Shown: positions 1-14,017, counted from the stretch's first letter. The stretch: DNA of 64,000 bases from Eledone cirrhosa (GCA_964016885.1 OZ024742.1:107260001-107324000); one strand, 5' to 3'. Program-made: numbers and translations. Notes: generated by a model not told the origin, from the sequence alone.

Positions 1-2714
1 CTTTGCCTTCCATCCTTCTGGGGTCAATAAAATAAAGTATTAGTCAAGTACTAGGATTGATTTCATCAACTTTCCCTTTCCCCAAAATTTACTTTCCTAA
101 ATTTGTGTCTAAATTAGAAATCAATATTAGATCATTAATTTAAATCTGCTACAGCCTTTGCATTGTGTATCAGAGCAGAACATTTTATTCTACATTGCCC
201 CAGTCAATCTATTTGTCTGTAATAGGTACCATACCATTCTAGGAATGTTAACTGCAATAGACTAATGTTCTCCCCATGATAATATTTATCTCTCATCTTA
301 TACTATGGTTCTTTACTTAAGTATCGGCTCTTAAAATCCACCTGCAGCGTAGCAAACAATATAGTGTGTAGGGCATGGATTAAATTTCCATTCAGCTCAT
401 TCAATTACTTAATGAAAAATTAAATTATTCTGCAATACCAGCTGCAAGATAATTAATAGTTGAGTAGGTGAAAGCAGATCTAATACATTAAATATCTAAA
501 GTAATATTAAAATACCTAAAGTGTATTGAGATTTATAAACATATTCAGTCTCGGAGCTTCTTCAGCAAAGTGAAGTCTTCTCATAATTTGTTGAAGTATT
601 AGCATTTGAATCACTCAACAAACATCTAGAAATGTATATTTGTTGATGTTGAGTGAGAGGATTTATAAATGATTTATAAATCATTAATGATTATTGGAAG
701 AGCCTTATTATTGCCTGGTGACAAAAATAATTGCTGTACTCTTCTTTGTTGCATGATGGAAATATCAAACTAAGGTCTTTCTAACAGGGCTAGGTTTGTA
801 CTAGGAAAGTGCAAGGAACTGTTGTTTTTGTTATTGTACTGTTTAGAAAGTTACCTGTCAAAACTGATTAACCCTTTTGTTACCATTTTTCTAATGAATG
901 ACATTGCTTATAATTTTCAAATAATATTCTCATTATCAAGCTGGTATTTGGAACATAACTTAACAAAGGTTCTTACATAAAATTATGATGGAAGGTTTTA
1001 ATTTCAATAAATATAAACACTTTAACAAAAAGTTATTAGATAAAATTATGTTTGGAAAGTTTTAATATGCTTAGAAACCTAGCCGGAAAAAGTCCTATAC
1101 GAGATAGACATTGGCACCTGACCCAATTTACCTCAAATGGGACGACCCATCTAACCCATGCTAGCGTGGAAAATGGACGTTAAACGATGTTGATGATGAT
1201 GATGACGATGATGTATGCACACTGTAAAACGGATAGCTTTGTATTTTACCATAGAACCAGAAGCAGTTTCAGGCAGTTTAGTACATAAAGGATTAAGCTG
1301 AGCTAGACATTCCTTCCTTCTAGACTATTCTGTAATTTTGTGTATGTTGGATTACATTATCTAATGTGTTCTTTTTTATTTTTAAGATAGTAGGATGTGA
1401 TTTGTTCTTTCTAGTAGGTCAAGTGGCTGCATATAGGCTCCCTCTTCCTCTCATAGCACTGTTTTGTCAGACAGATGGAGGTTATTATGAGTGTAGTTGC
1501 ATCTTAATATACCCTTCACAACTATAAAAGTAGGGTTAATAGAGGGTACAATGAAGAATGACTGAAAGTTACCTTAGCAATTTATTAGTCCCCAAATTTT
1601 TGGGATTAGCTATCCATTATGAAGGTGTGTGTGTGTGTGGGGTGGGGGGGGGGCAGAGAAATAAGAGATTTCCTTAAACAACTACCAGGAAGGAAATTTC
1701 TGATTGTGACATTCTAAAACACATACCCACTGTTCAATTTCATAAATGATGTCTTAACCAACAGGATAAGCTTTGTCATGAGAGAGAAGGGATATAGATA
1801 GATAGTTAGAGAGAGACAGAGAAAAAGAGAGAGATCAAGATTGTTAAATTCAAAGAATTGATGATTTTTCGTATAGATTATATATATATTAGCAAAAGTT
1901 CACATATAAAAATGGACTTAAACAACAAACAAATACAATTTCCTACATTAGGATGGGATTATATTAATATAGTCAGGTTGTACAGCACCTTTTAAAAAAA
2001 TCGTTTTTTAGGTGCTGGAGGGATGCATAGGACAACCCAACAAAGCAATCAAACTGAAAATCGGCAGTACAAGTGAATACAAATAAGCATTTCTATTCAA
2101 ACATTGCATAACTTTCATATCTTCACTCTTAGTTTTTTCAACCTCTCCCTGTAGCTCAACAGTTTATTTTCCAAGGATCTTCAGGTGTAACATTTTTCAG
2201 TTTCATACACTTCCTTGCATTACTATTGATCTCACAAGCTATTAATTATAATTTGTAAGGATTTCAATACTGCAATGTAGCACTATTAGATTTACTATCA
2301 AAGCCTTTTCTAATTAGTATAAATGTCAATTATTGATGTAGTTAGTAACAGTAAAAAAAAAATTAATAAATAAATAAAATAAAATTATACAAAGGTTCTA
2401 AAAATCTCCCTTTTACATCTGTCTTTGTTAGTGCAATGGTGCTTCCATAATCGGATTCTGTAAATGGAATCAGACTTGTTGACTTGCCTGAAAGAACACA
2501 ATCAATATCTTTACCCTCCCACATATAAACTAATTTTTGAAACTAATTCTTATTTTATTTCATTTTATTTTTATTTTTCTCCTACACCTTCTCTCTCATA
2601 ATTTTTCTGAATTTAATTATTTGTGATGCTGTTGAATGTTGATGGTTGATTGCACTCAGCTTGTGACAACCAACATTGATATGTCGGGAAATCTTATATT
2701 TATTCATTAACTGA

Positions 2715-2837
2715 GCTTTGCTCATTGGCTCACTTGCTTTTGTTGCTTTGCTCATTGGCTCACTTGCTTTTGTTGCTTTGCTCATTGGCTCACTTGCTTT
2801 TGTTGCTTTGCTCATTGGCTCACTTGCTTTTGTTGTT
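2715..2837. repeat. 30-bp tandem repeat, about 4 copies (GCTTTGCTCATTGGCTCACTTGCTTTTGTT)
   Basis: Directly visible; reads MSKATKASEP repeats on the minus strand. Confidence 0.95.
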
Positions 2838-4434
2838 GCTTAACTTGAGGTCAGTAGAAATATATAAATGCAGAAAATATCTGTAATAACAGTCGATTAT
2901 GGTAGATAATGTTTGAGAAAATTAGGGATATTACTCTTAGAGATGTAAATAAGTGTACAGAGGAACCATTGTCCACTTTTCAACTATCATTTATAGTTAT
3001 TACAGTTATTTACTGCATTTGGTACTCTCACATTTTCAAATTTCAAACACAACTAGAGCTTCAATAATTCATTAGGCTTATCCAAAATAATTGTATATCA
3101 ACTCTGCCTGTTTTCTGTTTTGTTGTTATTTTTCTTCCCTCAGACACTTTTCCCAACCCTTCTAGTGTAGAAAAATTCCTTCTAGGAACTACTATCCTCT
3201 CATGAAATATAAAACATTAACCTACAGCACTTTTAACTGAATACCAGCTATTGTCATTTCAGCTTCCTCATTAACTTGTAACCTCATTAACCAGACATTC
3301 TTGAAAAGTATACGTTCTCCACTTCCAACTTAGTCGCTTCGGTCACAAACCCCGGTACTGTGGCCCACAACACCACCATGCCCTAGGCTCAGAACCCAGA
3401 GCCTTCTCCCCTTTCCCCTTCTTTCCTCTCATTTATTGCTTTTATAGTCCTCTCCTCTACTTTCCCACACAGCCAGATCTGCTCTTCTTTACCTCTCCCC
3501 ATTTGAAATGTTATTTATACAACTGTAAATAAATTCTGAAACACCACGATGACTGCATTACATTAAATATTGAAGCCTTTAATTTGCAGCAAATTTTCGC
3601 AACAATCTGTCTGCTAGTAAAAATTCTATAAACATTTGAATTAACAAACCCTTTTTTAAACATTTTCTGCTAAATTATTACAGGGTTTTAAGAGTTAAAC
3701 ATATTTAATCCTTTTAAGAGACTAGGCTGATCTATTGGCCTGTCATTTTTATACTACACTGAGCTGACTCTTCAAGAATGTTGATACTTTTTCTTTGTTT
3801 TTTGAAATTCAGATATTTATTGTATCTTTTTAAAAATAAAAAAGGTATTGTATTCTTTAGTATGGAAGCATTAATATGCTTCATCTAAGGATTAAATCAA
3901 ATAACAGAATTCTTTAGAGAAAATGTGCAGGCTGCCATATAGTTTAGCTCTGTGTGGAGACATCTACTTTTGGCAATCTCCTCTATTACAAACGACCAAG
4001 ACAGTCTTTATTCAGTTGTTTGGCCTGTTAGAAATTAGAGTAAAGTATTCCCTGAATCACACTCTCTCATCATAAATAATGAAAGATGTATTAGATGATG
4101 TAGTCATCATTATATTATGTTAAAAAAAAGAAGCTGAAATGGTCAAAGTTTGAAGCCTTTTAATCATATGTTTGTCAAAACATAGTAAATTAAAAAGACA
4201 TTTTATTTCAAAATACTCAAATATATTTCTAGGATAAAATTACATAAAAATAATAAAGAATTTAATATTTAGTCAAACATATAGAAAAAGAAAGTAGCAT
4301 TGGAAAAGACTATAAAAGCTATAAATGAGAGGAAAAGGAATGGAAAGGGCAAGGATTATTAGGCATCGAAAGAAAGAATGGGGGAAGGGAAGAAGGTGAC
4401 AGACACTACACCTAAGTCAGAGCAGTGTTTTGGT

Positions 4435-4615
4435 TACACCCCACAGACTGTATGGCAAAGGCATTTCTGCAGACAATGGCCAGTGACACCTGCTGCAACA
4501 GTCATTCCTCCTTACAGGTCTCCTTTCTCAGACGGGCTGCTGACATTCCGATTTTACAGAGGAGGTTAGCAGTACGGGGCCTGAGGTCTATACAGCGACT
4601 GGTGCAAATTTCATA
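4435..4615 (-). mobile_element. 3' fragment of a non-LTR retrotransposon with restriction-like endonuclease (CRE-like)
   Basis: Minus strand reads FAPVAV*TSG, frameshift, then PRTANLLCKIG...EE*LLQQVSLAIVCRNAFAI, matching the FxPxaxEtxG and QRxSxAIxRGNA C-terminal motifs of CRE-type elements. Confidence 0.65.
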
Positions 4616-5384
4616 AGTTATCAAAAAACTTCTAATTACTGTTCTATATTTGGTTAATATTTCCCACTTTTAAATAGAATTAAAACTATATTGTTTTATC
4701 TTTGATGACAGGTGTCATTGTTGTTTGACTATGAATAGCTAAATGTGCAGCTATTAATAACCTTACGGGGTCGATAAAATAAAGTACTAGTAATGCACTG
4801 GGTAATTGCTGGCCCTGTGCCAAAAGTAGAAACAATTAATAACCTTGGTGCATATGACTGAATTTTCTAGGTTGCCAAAACAAACCTAGACTGACTATTA
4901 TCTTGTTTTTAGTCAGGCTTTATGTGATGTTTGTGCATTTTAGCATGCACAAATATATTCCAATACTGTTAATTATTGGTCTTAATTAATTGGTCTGGGT
5001 TGGTGAACCTATGACACATGTGCTCAAGATGGCACATGAAAACATTTTATTAAAAATAATCCTGTCTCAGCAAACCTTTCATATCTCCATATCTTCATAC
5101 GTTAGGAAAAATAAATTAAATTAAAATGTTTGTGAATAAACTGTTACTATCTGCTCAAAATGTTGATAATATGTGTATTACTTTGATCTTTGAGTTTAGC
5201 AGTATTGCCTCTGCTTAACACTATGTCAGACTCTAAACAGACTTGCTAGAGGATTTTGATCTCTTTCTTCATAAAATTATTTATAAGATACAAACATAAA
5301 AATGATAATCAGCTGCTTGAAAATTCTCATGGATACATGAGGGAATTCTTTTTTTCAGACAGACTGGGCTAAAATGCCCGCAGC

Positions 5385-5745
5385 TCTCTCTGTAAAGTGG
5401 TAGTGCTGGCGCCATGATAAAAAGCACTCAGTCCTCATTGTAAGGAAGTAGTGCTGGCGCCATGATAAAAAGCACTCAGTCCTCATTGTAAGGAAGTAGT
5501 GCTGGTGCTACAATAAAAAGCACTCAATCCACCCTGTAAGGTGATAGTGCTGATGCCGCGATAAAATGCTCCAACTATATGCTGTGATATGGTTGGTGTT
5601 AGGAAGAATATCCAATCATAGAAACCCCAAGCCTAAAATGGAATATATGAGCAAAACATAGTCACCTGACTAGTCTAGCCGCAGTATGTGACAGCCCATT
5701 TGACCCATGCAGGAGTGGAAAATAGGCATTAAATGTGGTGGTGGT
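5385..5745 (+). mobile_element. Retroposon 3' module with about 4 tandem 48-bp units and ACCCATGC...GGAAAA tail
   Basis: GTGCTGGCGCCATGATAAAAAGCACTCAGTCC units, then GGTTGGTGTTAGGAAG and the shared tail. Confidence 0.75.
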
Positions 5746-6934
5746 GAAGTTATTTCAAAACCACTGCTAATAAATTACATTGCTAATGAAAGCTCTTTAG
5801 TTTTTAGCGTTCAGTACTCATTTTCTGAAATTAATCAGATAATTTGAGCAATAAAGCAGCCTACTTTGCTGATCTAGACCTTCTCCTCCTTCTAGCCATC
5901 ACTACTATTGTGTTCATTATTTGTTGCTAATGGTTACGACACCCACCTGCCCACTCTTTATTTCTTTATAGCTGTCTCTCTTGTCATATACATTAACTTT
6001 TAATGTAGTGATATCATTTTGTTTCAATAGCTTTCCTTCAGCAAGACCAAACATTCTAATTTAGCTTAAAAGGCTTTATATTTTATTGGTGGCTGGTGTT
6101 TACCTGGCTTGAGAGATTTTATTACAATGTTAATTGATATCAATGATTTTTTTCTGAACAGTTTCCTCTTCCTTTATATACAGGGTTCCTTTGCTATAAA
6201 TAGTTGTTCTTTTATTTATTGCTTTTTTTTTTTACCTTCACCAGCCCATTCCATGTTAATCCCAGCAAGCTATTTCTCTTTTTAAACATGTTTATCTAAT
6301 ATATTGAGCTAAAAAAAAAACACTCACACAACCTGAAGGAAATTCTTAGATAAAATGAATTCTTTACATTTAATTGTTTTATTGTTTACTGAAAGAAAGG
6401 CAGTGTCTTAAGCACCATTGGGATCTCTTGAGCAGAGTTAGTAAAGTATTTTCAATTATGTTCTTTTTTTAAGCTAGATTTTGATTAGTTCATAAATCTT
6501 CTTCTTATGCTAGCTTTTGATTGGTTCATAGATTTCCTTTCTCTGCTAGATTTTGATTGGTTAATTATGTGAGCATCTCCAGATGTGCTATCTAGCAGGG
6601 AGGTAGATTGGGGTCCAAGATGACTGATGTTTCAAAAATAAAACCTATCAGAAAGTAGCTGATTCTTTGTCGAACCACGAAGCTTAGATCTGATGCTAGT
6701 TTCACAAAGCTACTACTGGAGAATGTATCGTTGTAAGTCACATCTGAGATTAGAGACTTCAAACTTGGAATTATTATTTCTTATGTTATATTTCCAATGT
6801 AGTATGAGACTATGGCTTTGTAGTTAAAAATGTTATTGTTTAACTCCAGCCATGACCAGCTCATCTTTTAGGGGTGTCTAGAACTACATTATTTAATATG
6901 ATCTTTCCTTATGATAAGTTGTAAATTAAGAGAT

Positions 6935-7320
6935 GGGCTGTGTTGTATTATGTTGTACTGGGTTAGTCTAGGTGATATTAAGTTGGGTTGTGTTGTACTG
7001 TGTGTACTGGGTTAGTCAGGGTAATATTAAGTTGGTCTGTGTTGTACTCTGTTAGTCTGGGTGATATTAAGTTGGGTAGGGTTTTAATATATTGAATTGA
7101 ATTGGGTTGTATTGTGATATGTTAGACTGGGCTGGGCTTGGCTGTACAAGAATTTATTGTGCCATGTAAGACTAGACTAGTGATGTGCTAGGTTGGATTG
7201 GACTGTGATGTGGTATGTTGGACTTGACTAAGGTGGGCTGTGGTGTGTTATATTGGACTGGATTGTACTATGTTGTGCTAGAATATATCGACTGTGTTGT
7301 GTTGTGCTTGGGTGAGTTGG
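6935..7320. repeat. Degenerate pentanucleotide microsatellite (TGTGT/TGGGY/TAGAC-like)
   Basis: Visible 5-bp periodicity. Confidence 0.7.
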
Positions 7321-7959
7321 TGATTTGTTTTTATCTTTCATCAGTTTAGTGATCTTTTATTTTCCATGGAAACTAGTCTCTGTTGGTATCTCACTCATGC
7401 ATTTTATATCACCCCTCCTGTTCCACACCACTACTACTTTCATCTATTGATATGCATGTGTGAAAGAGAGAGAGACAAGAATGAAGCTGTCTTTTAATAT
7501 CTTCTGGGGCACTTTTGTGATACATATATCTTACTCTCTCTCTCTGTTTCTCTTACTCTTCCATATATTTTCTCTTTCTTTATTAATGTATGTATGTGCG
7601 TGTGTCTCCCTCCTTTCTCTCCCATAGTCTTTCACTCTTTTCATCTGTGGCTCTCTCTTGTTAATCTCTCCCTCACTACATATCTCTCTAATGGTGGACA
7701 GAATCTGCCTCTGTTCACTATTCTCCCCTACCAACTGTTGCAATGGATACAACATGTCCAACACAACTGTATCAGTAAAGTGAAATGTTGCTCCATTATG
7801 AAAGTCCATTAACATATTGATTTGTTTTGAAAAGGGATGGTTGCAACAGCAGCAGTTATTGTGGTGATGACAACAACACTGGTAGTGGTAATGGTGATCA
7901 TAAATGTCACAGTAGTTTGTTAGCTGGTAGTGCTCATACATATTGCGGAGGAAAGAGTG

Positions 7960-8630
7960 TCAGTGATATAAACCTTTTCAAGTCACAAGAAGAGTTCATA
8001 GAAGTGGTTGATAGCTTCTGCTATCTAGGTGAGCTAATTAGCAGTGGAGGAAGGTGGTTTGAGAACATAATAGCTAGAATAAGGATAGGCTGAAAGAAGT
8101 TTAGAGAGCTACTCCCACTGTTGACAACAAAAGGTTTCTCCCTACATACAAAAGAACAACTTTATGATGCCTGTGTGCGAAGTGCGATGCTTTATGGTAG
8201 TGAAACATGAGCAGTGACTGCAGAAGACATGCGTAGACTGGAGAGAAATGAAACAGTCATGCTTCATTGGATGTGCAATGTAAACATGAGAGAAAGACAG
8301 AGCTTGGTTGAACTGAAAGAGAAACTGGGTTTAAGAGGAATCCGAGTTGGTGTGCAGGAGAGAAGACTGTGTTGGTACAGTCATGTGATGCGCATGGATG
8401 AAAACCGATGATGAGTAAAGAAGTGCTAGAAAATGTCAGTGGAAGGAAGTCGCAGTAGAGATAAACCAAGAAAGACCTGGGCAGAGATGGTGAGAACTGA
8501 CTTCAAATTGCTGAGATTCACAGAGGAGATGATGAAGAAACGTGCTGAGTGGAGAGATGCTGTTTTTGAGAAGGACCTGTCCAACCCATGCAAGCATGGA
8601 AAAACAGACGTAAAAATGATGATGATGATA
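7960..8630 (+). mobile_element. 5'-truncated RTE-clade LINE with (TGA)n tail
   Basis: EVVDSFCYLG, ARIRIG*KKFRELLPLL, YGSET, QERRLCWYSHVMRM, KPRKTW motifs with stops; tail ACCCATGCAAGCATGGAAAA...GATGATGAT. Confidence 0.92.
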
Positions 8631-8699
8631 ATGTGGTAATCAGAAAGATCACAGGTCTGATATTACAGACAAGTGGTTAGAATGTCTTAGAAAAGAATC

Positions 8700-8900
8700 A
8701 CTGGACAGATTTTATGGGCAAAACTAACCAACAGGAGACCCAGGGGTAGACCCCTGAGCAAGATGGATGGATAACATTCATGAGTTCAGCTGGTCTTGCT
8801 TGGGGATCCAGCCAGATCAATTGGAGATAGTTGCTTCTGACAGGACTTGCTGGAAGAAGTGTTTGAGGATTCTTCTCCCATGACCAACCCAGGAATAAGT
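8700..8900 (+). mobile_element. 3' end of a second RTE lineage (Expander/Rex3-like)
   Basis: RRPRGRP..WMDNIHEFSWSCLGIQPDQLEIVASDRTCWKKCLRILLP resembles Rex3/Expander C-termini. Confidence 0.7.
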
Positions 8901-9554
8901 GGGTGAGGAAGAAGGTTTCTTCACAGTTTCTAGATACTAAATTCATAGATGGTCTTTACCTAAAGTGCCTTGCAGTGGGATCAAATTTGGAACTCAGTGG
9001 TTGTGAAATGAACTTCTAAACTGCATGGCTATAACTTTGTTTTTATTTGGTAATCAAATAATCAATAATATATACATATTAACGACAACAATAATTTAAA
9101 AAAATGAAAAGGAAACAAAAGAAAAAGAAGAATAGGAAAATATAGAGAAAAAAGAGAAAAAGAAAGAATTATAAAGAACGGGAAGGGGAAGTGATGGCAA
9201 GAACTCTGGTGTTGCAGAAGAGAGGGGAAGGTGATTGGGCCTAGGGCATGGGGGCATTGGTAATCTAAAGATGGATTGCTGCAATCATGATACTCTCCTG
9301 GGTCAAAGAAATGACAGTTGGTTGAACGAAACTGGTATGTGTTTATTTGAATAGGGAAGACTTGAGATACTGTACTTAGGAGGAAGGGCTAACTAAAGTG
9401 TTTTCTAACTAATAAACAAATAGGCAAAGAAAATGTGAATAGCCTTGTGGTTATGGTAACTAAATAACCAGCCAAAAGGCCAGCTGTTTATATCCTGTCC
9501 TTAGTACTACATTGTGTCCTTAACCAAGACACATAACCTCCAAATATCCCATGC

Positions 9555-9810
9555 CCACTTCTTCTTTTGTTCCTTTTGCTCCCTCTGGAGCATTGGGCAA
9601 TGAAAGATCTTAAATCCACATATTTGCAAGGCATGCCACAGGGCTGCTCCCAGGTCAGGCTCACATCTGTCATGTTTTCCTCCACAGATCTCAACAAGTC
9701 TTTGTTTCCTACGTCCTCCTTCTGGCTTCCATTCAAAAGGGGCCCTTTCCATGACCTCTTCGTTTGTGATCTGGTCACATAAAAAAACTGCAAGTTATGA
9801 TCCCAAGGCA
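9555..9810 (-). mobile_element. RTE LINE 3' fragment
   Basis: EWKPEGGRR and RSVEENM...LTWEQ...CSRGSKR resemble RTE ORF ends; (AAG)-like tail. Confidence 0.65.
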
Positions 9811-10672
9811 ATGTCTATGGTAGTTGCATGTCCACATAGCTGTAAATATATATATATATCATAGTAAGAACAATACTCTCACAGCAATGTTGATTTGGCA
9901 AGCTTACAGTTTTGAGTTCAATTCTTTCTAAGATAGACTAGCATCTTATCCGAGGGAAGATTTAGCCACCTAATGTAATTTGAGAGAGATAGGACTGCTT
10001 TTTCTATCAGTTTGATGGCATAACTTTTTAGAATGTAAGCTTCATGATTTTTTTGTTCAGTGGTAATTTATCTTAAAAATTTAAGCTTTTCCTTAATAAT
10101 TTTTTAGTGTTGTAGCACCAGGTCATTAAAAGGCTTTCTGTCCATGATTACCCTGTCATTTCTTTAGATATACTGCATCTAGAACTACAGCTACATTATT
10201 TGATGTCCTTATTTTTTAAGGGAAATTTTGCTGCTATTTCTAGCAGCTCTAATGACTGCACAGAAGCTTTCTCATTTGAAATGTCCATGACCGTTATGTT
10301 CAGGAAAAGGTTAGATAGATTTAAAGAACCCTTCAACTAGTCACTGATAGGTTGGCCTTTATAATAATGTTCAATAAAATGTCAAATTACATTATTAGAA
10401 GATATTTAAGTTAATTATATATAGTTTTGCTCTCAGAATTCTATCTAAAGTAGGACATACATCTGTATACAACAGTAACAATTTGTATTGCATAGGAATA
10501 AAGTATGGTGGGTTTTACTTTCTCTGGCTTAGTCAGAGGAAGAAGAGGCTGCAACCATGAACATTTTCCTTTATGCTCAAATCATGTATTCTACAAATTT
10601 AAAAAAAAAAGGAAACTTAAAGTACAAAGAAAACCCGGTGGTAGTTTGTGTCAACAAAAACAAGTTTATATA

Positions 10673-10841
10673 CCGTATTTCCTGGCGTCAAAGACGCTAC
10701 TTTTTTTCCTAAAATAAGTCTAAAAAATCTACTATGGGTCCTGGAGGCTGAAGGTTGTTTATTATTTTTTTTCAAATTTTTGGTTGTTGAAATTTGGGTG
10801 CGTCCTCAAGGACGAAGCGTCTTTGGCGCCGGGAAATACGG
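10673..10841. mobile_element. MITE, Tc1/mariner superfamily (Tc2/pogo-like), 25-bp TIRs, TA target duplication
   Basis: TA|CCGTATTTCCTGGCGTCAAAGACGC ... GCGTCTTTGGCGCCGGGAAATACGG|TA, 2 mismatches between arms. Confidence 0.9.
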
Positions 10842-12511
10842 TAGTTCTCAAATTTGGATAGGATAAGTTTGTATACCTTGGTGAAACATGATCTGTTTCA
10901 GGAAGAGCCCTTATCATCATCAACATCGCTTAACGTCCATTTTTCCACGCTAGCAATAGATTAGATGAATTGTGCCATTGTGAGTAACTGTGGAGTAAAA
11001 AAGTGAAGTTGTTTTGATAACACTGAAGGGATAAAAGTCCATTTATTGAAAATTATAGGCAGTGTCTTTCATTAGAAATATGGTAACAAAAGGATAGAAT
11101 ATAATACATTAAAGTTTTAATTTCATGTGTGGGTGAATGGAATACCACTGAGGGAGAGGAAGATAATGAATTGTAGAGGATGTTGTGAAGAGAAATGGAA
11201 TGAGTTGGTTGAGTGATGTGTTTAGGAAGGATGAAAATGACAGGAGTGATGGAAATGAATGAAGGCTAAGCACTGTTTTAGCAGCAAAGATGGTTTTAAA
11301 ATGCTTATGGCAGGGCCAAATGTAGAGCAATTTTCTATGCAAAATGCCTGATTTAAGAGCCAAAATTTCGACTAGGATCCTGGTAGGGAGTGGGGAAATC
11401 TGGGGACTGAAAAAGTGTTGCTAAACTATAGGTCAGCCTCAAGTAGACTTAGAAGCAACAGTACTGTTGCTGTCAAAATTCTATCTTTTTCTCAGACAGT
11501 GTATCTAGTATAATGTTATCCAATATATATATCTATTTTAAGGTGGTAGGGTGTAATTTCAAGGAGATTTGGCTGCTATTTCTAGCAGGCCAAGCATAAA
11601 CATAGTCTCTTTCATTGGCTCAATTGTGAACTGTCAAATGGCAGTGAAGCAGTTTGAATACATTATGGACACTAAGGTGCCTATTAAAGTGGAAAAATGG
11701 CAGTTATTATGGTGTTGGATTAAATGCTGTGATATTTTACTCTCTGTGCTCTGAGTTCAAATCCTACTGAGGTCAACTTTGCCTTTCGTTTTTTTAAGGT
11801 TGATAAAAGTGCCAGTCAAGTACAAGGATTAATTCTTCCACTATCCCTCGTTCTCACTTCTTTTCTTTCACTTTCACCTTCTTCTCTGGATGAAATTGGG
11901 TGTTCAGACCTCGAGATGGATTGGCTCTGCCAGATTTAAAATGCCTAAGACAATTTATTATGGCACCCTATGACTTCACCAGCAGTTACATGGTCCATAC
12001 ATACATCTCTTCCTTTATCAAAAAGAAATAAGAGTGAACGGAAATCCGTGTGTGTTTTTGAAAAAGAAGGAGAGAGAAAGAGTTTATTTCTATGTTTTTT
12101 GCATGATATTTTTTTTTATTCAAGGAAAGAAAACTATTCGTGAGTAGTGTGACAGTATGATCTATTTTCTCTGGAAAAGTATAAAAATCTAAATTTACAC
12201 AAAAATATGTTTAATTTTATATGCTGTCATTAAAAGGTTATACTCTATTCTGTTAACTTGTTTGAACATATAACTAAATGTTTGCAGATATTCACTCACC
12301 TTTACAGTGTAATCATTCATGCCAAAAATGTTGACCTATATCTCTGGCAATAAGTTTAAGCTTAGAAATTTAGTATGAAAGCTTTGATATTGTAGATAAT
12401 CTCACCTCTTTCTGTTTAAACTGGCTGTAACTGACCACTCATACTATTGACAAGGTATGGTTCTCAAAATAAATAATATCAAAATCTCATAAATTCGTTA
12501 TTATGTGAGAT

Positions 12512-13265
12512 CATCATCATCATCACCGTTTTACGTCCGTTGTTCCATGCTAGCATGGGTTAGACGGGTTGTCCTGTTGTGGGCAGTGTCTGGTCGGCTG
12601 ACCATGCCTTGCTCATACAGGAACTGATCTGGCTTGATTTCTACAGCTGGATGCCCTTCCTAACACCAACCTCATTTACAGTGAGTGCTGGGTGCTTTTT
12701 TCCGTGGCGCCTACATGTCCACTTTACAGTGTGGGCTGGGTGCTTTTTTGCTGTGGCACCTCCACGACCACTTTGCAGTGGGAGGGTGTGGGGGCATATT
12801 GTCTATATGCTTCAGCTTGTACCCATTGGAGGTCGGGTACTCTGTATTACTGCGTGACGCCAGAGGTCACGGTCATGTGTCATCACCTCTGAGAGGTGTA
12901 ATTGGGTAAGGTCGGCTTTTATCACCTCATCCCAGGTCTTCTTGGGTCTCCCCACTCCGCGGTTTCCAATGACTTCTAGTGCCATGCACCTTTTTATGCG
13001 GCTGTCATACTTCATACGCATCACATGTCCATACCAACGCAACCGCCTCTCCTGCACACAGCATTTGATTCCCCTTATGCTCAGTCTCTCTCTCAATTCA
13101 TTTATGCTTTGCCGTTCGCGTATATTACTATTTACACATCCATCGGAGCATGCAGAGTTCGTTTCTTTCTAATCTACATAAGTCTTCCACCTTCAGCGCC
13201 CAGGTCTCACTACCATGTAACATTGCTGTTCGTATACACGCATCATACAGTCTGCCTAATTATGT
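12512..13265 (-). mobile_element. RTE LINE 3' end with long 3' module and (TGA)n tail
   Basis: ORF 12812-13096 has QERRLRWYGHVMRM and GRPKKTWDEVIKADL; it is followed by AAAAGCACCCAG units and the shared tail. Confidence 0.92.
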
Positions 13266-13339
13266 ATATTTTATCCCGAAAATACAATAGTAAATATAGA
13301 GTAATGTAAATGCTAAAGGGTTAAACGAAGGAAACTGAA

Positions 13340-14003
13340 CAGTTACACAGCTGAGTTATGGATAAAACATAAAAAAATATGTGGGTCCACTGTATGAAGG
13401 GTTCGGCATGGCCAACAAGCCTGTCCCTCTTCATAGCGGTGCCATCCAGTTCCAGGCTCCCAAACTGTGGTTATGCTGTGAGAGGAGCTCAGCACAGCCA
13501 ACTGGCCTGTTCCTCTTCGTAGCGGTGCCATCTAGTTTTGGGCTCTCAAACTCAGTTCCACTGTGAGAAGGGTTTAGTGTGGCCAACTGGCCAGTACCTC
13601 CTCATAGCAGTGCCATCCAGTTCCGCACTGCAATGTGGTTGCAGAACCTGAACTGTGGTCCCTGAGAAGGGCTTTGCATGGCCAACTGGCTTGTCTCTCC
13701 CCATCGAGGTGCCATCCAGTACTGGACTGTAAACGTGGTTGAGGTTCCCAAACTATGGTTCTGCTGTGAGAAGGGTTTGGCACGGTCGACTGGCCTGTCC
13801 CGCCTCGTAACGGTGCTATCCAGTTCCACACTGTAAATGTAGTTGGTGTTAGGAAGGGCATGCAGCTGTAAAAACCCCAGCCAAATTTACAGTCCTATCG
13901 GTGCAAGGTACAGCGTGGCCAATTCTGGCCAGACTTGTCTGTCGACATGGACAGCCCATCTAACCCATGCAAGCATGGAAAAATGGATACTAAACAGTGA
14001 TGA
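13340..14003 (+). mobile_element. Retroposon 3' module preceded by about 5 diverged 85-100 bp tandem units
   Basis: Recurrent GAGAAGGGTTYRGCATGGCCAACTGGCCTGTCC...GGTGCCATCCAGTTCC near 13395, 13480, 13565, 13665, 13770, then the shared tail. Confidence 0.75.
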
Positions 14004-14017
14004 TATATATATGTGCG

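Noticed and set aside
7531-7941. His/Cys-rich 136-aa ORF and similar low-complexity ORFs (15381-15596, 23585-23955, 31516-31734, 35115-35333)
   Set aside because: Translations of microsatellite or low-complexity DNA.
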